From a virus (lineage: Duplodnaviria > Caudoviricetes): a stretch of 64,000 nucleotides of DNA. The stretch covers positions 64,001-128,000 of IMG/VR virus record IMGVR_UViG_2595698952_000001; one strand, written 5' to 3'. The notes beneath the pieces are model-generated. The model saw only the letters and a list, made by a program, of their open reading frames with translations, did no database searches and was not told the origin of the DNA. This document shows positions 58,392 through 64,000 of the stretch, in pieces (the stretch's first letter is position 1; the number at the start of each line of letters is the position of its first letter). Made by a program: the position numbers and the translations under genes.

Positions 58392-59391
58392 CGTTCGTGA
58401 CAACGGGCACGAAAAAGCAGACCGTACGGGCACGGGCACCCTGTCGTTATTCGGCGCACAAATGCGCTTTGACCTGCAAAAAGGTTTCCCGCTGGTCACG
58501 ACCAAAAAGGTTCACCTCCGCTCCATCATCCATGAGCTTCTGTGGTTCCTCATGGGCGATACCAACATCCAGTATCTGAAAGACAACAACGTCAGTATCT
58601 GGGATGAATGGGCAGATGAAGATGGTAATCTCGGCCCGGTGTACGGTAAGCAATGGCGTGAGTGGCCAGATATTCGTGCGGTACCTTACGAAGAATTTAA
58701 TCGTCTGACCGCTGCAGGTTACGAAGATCTCGATGCCGGTACTTGGAGCATGGATGAAAACTGCTCCATTTATTTCGTTCGGAAGAACATCGACCAAATC
58801 AGCAAGGTCATGGAACAACTGAAAAACGACCCGGACAACCGCCGTATCATCGTCAGTGCCTGGAACGTGGCTGACCTGGATGAAATGGCGTTAGCACCAT
58901 GCCATGCCTTCTTCCAGTTCTACACGCGTAAAATGACCCCAGCGGAACGTATGTCCTGGTTGAGTGAGAACAAGCCCAAAGACCGTGCAATGATTAACCG
59001 TGTCGCGTATGCTTCGCAAGACGATCGTGAAGAAGCATTGACTGAATGTTTCGGTGTACCGACGCGGGTATTGTCCTGTCAGCTGTATCAGCGCAGTGCT
59101 GACATGTTCCTAGGCGTACCGTTTAACATTGCCTCTTACGCGCTCCTGATACACATGTTTGCCCAGCAGGCCAATATGGCAGTAGGTGACTTCGTGTGGA
59201 CGGGTGGGGATGTGCATCTGTACTCCAACCACCTGGAGCAGGCAGATTTGCAGTTAACTCGCGAACCTCATCCGTTACCACAACTGCGGATTAAACGTCG
59301 TCCGGATTCTATCTTCGACTATAAGTTTGAAGATTTCGAAGTGGTCGGATACGAATCGCATGACGCTATTAAGGCACCGGTGGCGATATGA
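58363..59391 (+). CDS. thyA: Thymidylate synthase
   Basis: [49 protein letters not shown]. Confidence 0.97.
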   Translation: MKQYLDLLRDVRDNGHEKADRTGTGTLSLFGAQMRFDLQKGFPLVTTKKVHLRSIIHELLWFLMGDTNIQYLKDNNVSIWDEWADEDGNLGPVYGKQWREWPDIRAVPYEEFNRLTAAGYEDLDAGTWSMDENCSIYFVRKNIDQISKVMEQLKNDPDNRRIIVSAWNVADLDEMALAPCHAFFQFYTRKMTPAERMSWLSENKPKDRAMINRVAYASQDDREEALTECFGVPTRVLSCQLYQRSADMFLGVPFNIASYALLIHMFAQQANMAVGDFVWTGGDVHLYSNHLEQADLQLTREPHPLPQLRIKRRPDSIFDYKFEDFEVVGYESHDAIKAPVAI

Positions 59392-60185
59392 AGAACAAGC
59401 TCTTTGTTTTCTCGGACGCATTCTACACCACCAACTACGATCAGTACAACCACGGCGTAGTTGCTGCGATTGATGAAGAAGATGCCCAGCGCTTAGTGCC
59501 GACTGGTATCGATTTGATCGAAGTTGGTGAGACCGATGCGTATGACGTGTTGTTGTTTGCGGAAGGTGTGCGTAACTGGCCTGAGCGCCACCGTTACACC
59601 AACCACACCATCAACTGTCCTGGCTGGAAAGTCATTGAAGGGGCAGATATCTCGGACTACGAGAAGAAGCTTGTGGAGTTAATGCAACTCCCACCGGACA
59701 TGGACATCGTGTTCAGTAACTGGGGGAAAGTGCCAGAAGACAGTGAGCACGGTAAACCGCCTGCGGCTGGGCAATGGACAATAACCGCAACCTCTGGTGA
59801 ACTCGGGGGCTCTGCACAAGTTCACTTTAACGGCTTGCCTTCTCTGGACGCTCTGCTTGAGCCTGCGGAACACACGGTCAGTTATACCTGGCAGGATACC
59901 GAAACCTTGCCGGTGACGATTGAGCATGTTCTGGCAGACGTGTTGAAGGTGGTGGGGCGAGAGTCTGAGTACCACGACTGGGCAGGAATGGCACGACAGC
60001 ACTTCTATTCAGAAACGGCAGTGCTCGGTTGGGAAGAACTGACTGAGGAAATCGGTCAGTACAAGAAAACATGGTACCGTCACCCGGACTGGCAAACGCT
60101 GGTTCCAGAGATGGTGCGTAAAGAAGCCTCCAAACTCACCGTTATCACTGATGAAAACGGCAGAATGCGGATGGCGCAATACTAA
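59388..60185 (+). CDS. Hypothetical protein
   Basis: ATGA overlap with thyA. Confidence 0.75.
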   Translation: MKNKLFVFSDAFYTTNYDQYNHGVVAAIDEEDAQRLVPTGIDLIEVGETDAYDVLLFAEGVRNWPERHRYTNHTINCPGWKVIEGADISDYEKKLVELMQLPPDMDIVFSNWGKVPEDSEHGKPPAAGQWTITATSGELGGSAQVHFNGLPSLDALLEPAEHTVSYTWQDTETLPVTIEHVLADVLKVVGRESEYHDWAGMARQHFYSETAVLGWEELTEEIGQYKKTWYRHPDWQTLVPEMVRKEASKLTVITDENGRMRMAQY

Positions 60186-60201
60186 CGAAGAGGTAATCAA
60201 A

Positions 60202-60681
60202 GTGTCTATGACTCCAATTAACTATAACTTGGTAGTGAAAGAACTTTCGAACGGTCTGGTTGCATTGGACAGTGACGAAGCCCTGAGCTTGGCAATGCTC
60301 CCGCATGTGGAGCTGAGCGAATTCCGTACCATCCGCTACGGCGCTGGCCGTCAGAAAGGGGTGACCGAACACGCCATCAACATGGCGGCGCACCACAGAG
60401 GGTCGGTGCTTATCCTTGTCCATCATGAAGCGTTACGCAATGAAGCGATGCGTAAGTTCCATGCGAAGGCATCGGGAGATGGGTGGTTAACTGTGCATTG
60501 CAGTTACCTGCCTGAGAACTGGAAACAGGCTACCGGCTCTGGACTCTCTGGTTATGAGAAGTTCAGTCTGGTCATTGTCGATGAGGCCGGGTTCTTCTTC
60601 AACAAATTTAGCTTTGACAAAATCTACCGCAGTCTGGTCGATGTTGTGACGCCGGACGTGGTTATCCATCTCATCAATTAA
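60202..60681 (+). CDS. Small P-loop/helicase-like single-domain protein
   Basis: AGRQKGVT (Walker A-like) and LVIVDEA (Walker B). Confidence 0.5.
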   Translation: MSMTPINYNLVVKELSNGLVALDSDEALSLAMLPHVELSEFRTIRYGAGRQKGVTEHAINMAAHHRGSVLILVHHEALRNEAMRKFHAKASGDGWLTVHCSYLPENWKQATGSGLSGYEKFSLVIVDEAGFFFNKFSFDKIYRSLVDVVTPDVVIHLIN

Positions 60682-60692
60682 GAGAACACGCA

Positions 60693-60848
60693 ATGAGCAA
60701 TAAAGAGCAGGTACAGGAATCACAGCTGGCAGCTGACCCAATGGACTTTGGTGACATCCCAGGTCTTGACCCGGATGCCGGTGTTGTCGGTGGTGTTGAT
60801 GCAGCTATCGAAGACGATGGTTGTGCTGGCGGTGCCTGCAAAATTTAA
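60693..60848 (+). CDS. 51-aa acidic peptide ending like the NrdA C-terminal redox tail
   Basis: MSNKEQVQESQLAADPMDFGDIPGLDPDAGVVGGVDAAIEDDGCAGGACKI; below the ORF-track cutoff. Confidence 0.75.
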   Translation: MSNKEQVQESQLAADPMDFGDIPGLDPDAGVVGGVDAAIEDDGCAGGACKI

Positions 60849-60908
60849 CAAATAGGTGTGTCCATATGGACACACCACTTTATTTTTTTACCCAAAAGGA
60901 AAATTATC

Positions 60909-61814
60909 ATGGGCGATCGTTTTGTTATTCAGATTCCGTACAACGTTATTGTAAACCCGAATGCGTATTTAGAGCAGATTAACACCCTGCTGGCAGGCTT
61001 CTGTCATCGCCAGCACGCGACCCCGTGGTCGTTTGAAGCGCTGTACTCACTGAGCGTTAACAGTGAGACCGGCAGTACCCGCGTTGAAGGGAAGGTGAAA
61101 ACCGAAGACGGTCGTCTGGAAATCAACGATTTCGAAATGCCGTGGCAACTGAAAGATGTTGAGTTCAACGGCAAAGTTAACCATCCGCGTTATATCCCAC
61201 TCTTCTCTGTTGGCCAGTGTATTGACAATGTACTGGGCTGGTCTGCTGCGCGTGGTATTCTGGAAAACGGCAAATGGGACACCCAGGTGACCAAGCTGTA
61301 TGAAGAAGACGGTGAAGCGGCGACCGGTATCAGCAAATCGAAAGAGCGCCTTATCATGGACGGTCTGGGTGATGCTCTGGTGGTGCTGGTTAACGTGATG
61401 GAACTGTCGGGTATCGGTGCAGGTAAATTACGCGAGTGTTTTGTTGACGCCACGCTGGCACGCAACAACAGCAACAACAAAGTCAATAGCTACGGCCCAC
61501 ACCGCCTGTTCCACTGGATGCGTATGTGTCTGACTATCGGTAATCAGGTGCTGTACACTGCGTACGATACCTACCTCGAGAACGACGAGAACCGTGGTAA
61601 GAAGTTCTCTATTGAGCTGGGTGAAACCAACGCTTCCCGTCACGCCGAATCATTCATTGGTCACGCCACCCATGCGGTGCACGCGATGTTGCTGCTCGCC
61701 GATCACTACAACATGCCTATCGAACATTGCTTCTCCCTGGCGTGGGATGAAATCAAAGACCGTAAAGGGTTCTTGAACGCCGACGGCATCTTCATTAAAG
61801 AAGCTGACGCCTAA
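60909..61814 (+). CDS. MazG-like nucleotide pyrophosphohydrolase
   Basis: QVTKLYEEDGE...DGLGDALVVL...CFSLAWDEIKDRKG...DGIFIKE. Confidence 0.8.
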   Translation: MGDRFVIQIPYNVIVNPNAYLEQINTLLAGFCHRQHATPWSFEALYSLSVNSETGSTRVEGKVKTEDGRLEINDFEMPWQLKDVEFNGKVNHPRYIPLFSVGQCIDNVLGWSAARGILENGKWDTQVTKLYEEDGEAATGISKSKERLIMDGLGDALVVLVNVMELSGIGAGKLRECFVDATLARNNSNNKVNSYGPHRLFHWMRMCLTIGNQVLYTAYDTYLENDENRGKKFSIELGETNASRHAESFIGHATHAVHAMLLLADHYNMPIEHCFSLAWDEIKDRKGFLNADGIFIKEADA

Positions 61815-61841
61815 TATAAAAAAGACAGAGGTACTATTCGC

Positions 61842-62669
61842 ATGAAAATCTTCTTAGTCACTGATGAGTTCATTGCAGGAACGGTTAATCCGTCGTTTCG
61901 CGCGGTCGTTATTGCGGCGGATGAATCCGGTGCCCGTTGGGTGGTAGCCCGGCAGAAGGCGGGGCCGGGGATGGAAAATGTCCGGCAAGCCTGCGCCATC
62001 TCGTTAGGTGAAACCGAAGTCGGGGAAGAAACCGTTCTGTCCTACACCACCGGTATCGGGACTGGGAGCATGGTGAAAACCCATCCCCCGATTCCACTGG
62101 AGGCAGACGAGTTTTACCGGGTGAGTGTAGAAACTGTACGTGACCCCTTAGCGCCACTCCCTCAACACCCCGACCGTTTAGGCGATAACCAGGTCTCGTA
62201 CTGGTTCTCTCAGCACACCGGAATTATGATGCGTTTAACCGAACGGGAAACTGTTCTGCCAAACCTGACCGGTGAAAAAGGCGTGTACTCTGAGAAAGAA
62301 AGTTACGCGCAATACTGGCGGCTGTCGCACAACGCAAAACGTCCCGAATTCTCACCAACTGAATCGTTGAACGTTGAGCATTATTTGGCCCGCCCGGAAT
62401 CCGCCAATATCTATACCTTGGCTGAAACACACAGCATCATCTCCCGGCTTTCTCAGGCACCGTATCATGCCGAAGCGCCAAGAGAGTTGTTGTCCTACCT
62501 GTGGGATAACTTTGTTTCCTACAAAGAGGTGGGGTCGGACACGCTGGTAAAAGACCTGCTGTTGTTCAATGGGCAGCAACTGTGGTTCCAGGCAGAGAAA
62601 GCGCGTGACTGGTTTATAACAGTACCGCAATGTATCACGCTGGTACGCAACCTTAACACGGATGCTTAA
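61842..62669 (+). CDS. Hypothetical protein
   Basis: GAGG RBS; N-terminal domain resembles that of the 59388 protein. Confidence 0.7.
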   Translation: MKIFLVTDEFIAGTVNPSFRAVVIAADESGARWVVARQKAGPGMENVRQACAISLGETEVGEETVLSYTTGIGTGSMVKTHPPIPLEADEFYRVSVETVRDPLAPLPQHPDRLGDNQVSYWFSQHTGIMMRLTERETVLPNLTGEKGVYSEKESYAQYWRLSHNAKRPEFSPTESLNVEHYLARPESANIYTLAETHSIISRLSQAPYHAEAPRELLSYLWDNFVSYKEVGSDTLVKDLLLFNGQQLWFQAEKARDWFITVPQCITLVRNLNTDA

Positions 62670-62671
62670 CC

Positions 62672-63109
62672 ATGGAAAAACGACTGCACACTTTCGATTA
62701 CAACGGACGTGAGCAGTTGTTTGTAGACGGTGAGCTGTGGGAAGACCACGGTCTCACCCTGCAACAACTGTGGAAGTTAAAGTTACTGTCAAGTCGACAC
62801 GGCGGGTTAGAGTTCGTCTTTACCGACCAACCTATTCCTGAGCAAGTGTGGACTGACCAACGTGACTTGCTGTTCTGGGAGGTTCGTGAGTCGTTCCTGA
62901 AGAAGGTGTTGTACACGCATAGTTGGCGTGGAGGATGCCATAGTCCAGCGAATGTATTGAAACTCTCTGAACGGTACGGCACCGAGATGGCGTACATCCA
63001 GACATGGCCGAAGGAACTGGATGAAAACAGTTTGGTGGTCTGGTGGTCAGCCCCGCAAGGTAGCGATCGGGCTACCGTCCGAATCGTGTTCGAACACGAC
63101 TACAAATAA
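62672..63109 (+). CDS. Hypothetical protein
   Basis: ORF followed by a terminator. Confidence 0.7.
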   Translation: MEKRLHTFDYNGREQLFVDGELWEDHGLTLQQLWKLKLLSSRHGGLEFVFTDQPIPEQVWTDQRDLLFWEVRESFLKKVLYTHSWRGGCHSPANVLKLSERYGTEMAYIQTWPKELDENSLVVWWSAPQGSDRATVRIVFEHDYK

Positions 63110-63118
63110 AATAAAAGT

Positions 63119-63153
63119 CGAGTAGCCCAATGGGCTACTCGCTTTCTTTTTTT
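63119..63153 (+). terminator. Bidirectional intrinsic terminator
   Basis: CGAGTAGCCC-AAT-GGGCTACTCG plus T tract. Confidence 0.8.
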
Positions 63154-63156
63154 GTC

Positions 63157-63699
63157 TTAAGATGCAGACGTGTCGTAAACCAGGCCATCTAACTGGGTGT
63201 CAGTGACCAGTTTACTGATGTCCGAACCGTCGGCCGGTACTTCCATGAGGTACACTTCAAGCCTACCGATCCAGGCAAAGGATTTGCCGTTGAACCGTAA
63301 GCTGTGTTTGTCACCGGACACTGCTTCCGTGGGATAGATTTCATCCTCGGTGATGATAAGGTTATACTTATCCCGAATCAACGGCAACAGTCCAGCAGCG
63401 GTAGTCACCCCCGTTCCGTCCACGGAGATAACAATACCGTCAAACAAGTGATCCATAAACAAACGACGATAAGTTACCGTGAACTTGCCGAACGTCCCTT
63501 TATCCAGGATACCATTCACGTCCATCGTGGTGTTTAACCGCGTGTAGTACGTGGGGTCATCCTCACCGGGCCCAGCGAGATTAGAAGGGGTACCGAATGC
63601 CAGCATATCCGACGTAATCCCTTTTGTCGTAAAGCCGGGGTTCTTGGCCACGATTAATTCGTAGACCAACTCTTTTGCGCTTTTACCAAACAGACTCAT
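63157..63699 (-). CDS. Putative virion structural protein
   Basis: GAGG RBS; VTYRRL and S.AWIG motifs typical of phiKZ-like structural paralogues. Confidence 0.6.
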   Translation of the reverse strand: MSLFGKSAKELVYELIVAKNPGFTTKGITSDMLAFGTPSNLAGPGEDDPTYYTRLNTTMDVNGILDKGTFGKFTVTYRRLFMDHLFDGIVISVDGTGVTTAAGLLPLIRDKYNLIITEDEIYPTEAVSGDKHSLRFNGKSFAWIGRLEVYLMEVPADGSDISKLVTDTQLDGLVYDTSAS

Positions 63700-63730
63700 T
63701 CTGTTTTCCTCTCTGCGATGTAAATTACCC

Positions 63731-64000
63731 TTAACGGGCCTGCGTCAGGAATATGTTCGCAATTTGTCGGGCAGGTACAAGGTCAAATGCAGCGTTCATG
63801 ATGTTACCTTGCGACCAAGCAGAGGCGGCGTTCTGTGCCCAGATGGACGCATTGATTTTCGCCCGCTCAATCCCAACCACACGTTCGCGCAGGGTAGCAG
63901 CACCCAACACGGCCATGAACTCACTGAATTTATTATCGTCGTCCCACACGCCGGTATCCGTAACGATAGGCATGTACATGACGCGCGACAAGTCGCGGAT
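63731..64000 (-). CDS. 3' end of a CDS starting beyond the window
   Basis: Open frame reaches the window edge. Confidence 0.6.
   Translation of the reverse strand: MRDLSRVMYMPIVTDTGVWDDDNKFSEFMAVLGAATLRERVVGIERAKINASIWAQNAASAWSQGNIMNAAFDLVPARQIANIFLTQAR

Noticed and set aside
58363-59391. Insertions in thyA as a possible intein/intron or base-modifying enzyme
   Set aside because: Insertions are short and in frame with no splicing motifs, and the canonical PCH and FN residues of dUMP-specific ThyA are intact.

Overview
This window looks like part of a phiKZ-related (Chimalliviridae-like) jumbo phage genome, probably infecting an enterobacterium. The assignment rests on a split virion RNA polymerase beta C-terminal fragment, a divergent UvsX/RecA, a long RNase H, an SbcC-like ATPase, YP[FY]DxxG-type fibre paralogues, and phiKZ-like early (TATATTAC-like) and late (TATG) promoter motifs. 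The left part (1-19.8 kb, mostly minus strand) holds the tail-fibre/baseplate module. Directly downstream of it lie three paralogous Cys-rich proteins sharing an N-terminal leader and a CGG[TS]CSW[TS]C core, then an unknown protein and a radical SAM enzyme that the ORF track missed. This is the strongest candidate for a new system: a phage-encoded RiPP-like or virion-protein modification cassette. The rest (20-64 kb, mostly plus strand) holds accessory, replication, nucleotide-metabolism and lysis genes. Other oddities are a stand-alone 51-aa copy of the NrdA redox tail, an EF-Tu N-terminal mimic, macrodomain/NADAR-like/ART-like genes, a degenerate MazG paralogue, a leaderless DUF1471 protein and a tandem family of secreted disulfide proteins. 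No tRNA, rRNA, CRISPR array or mobile element was seen. All family calls come from recognising motifs by eye; no database searches were run.
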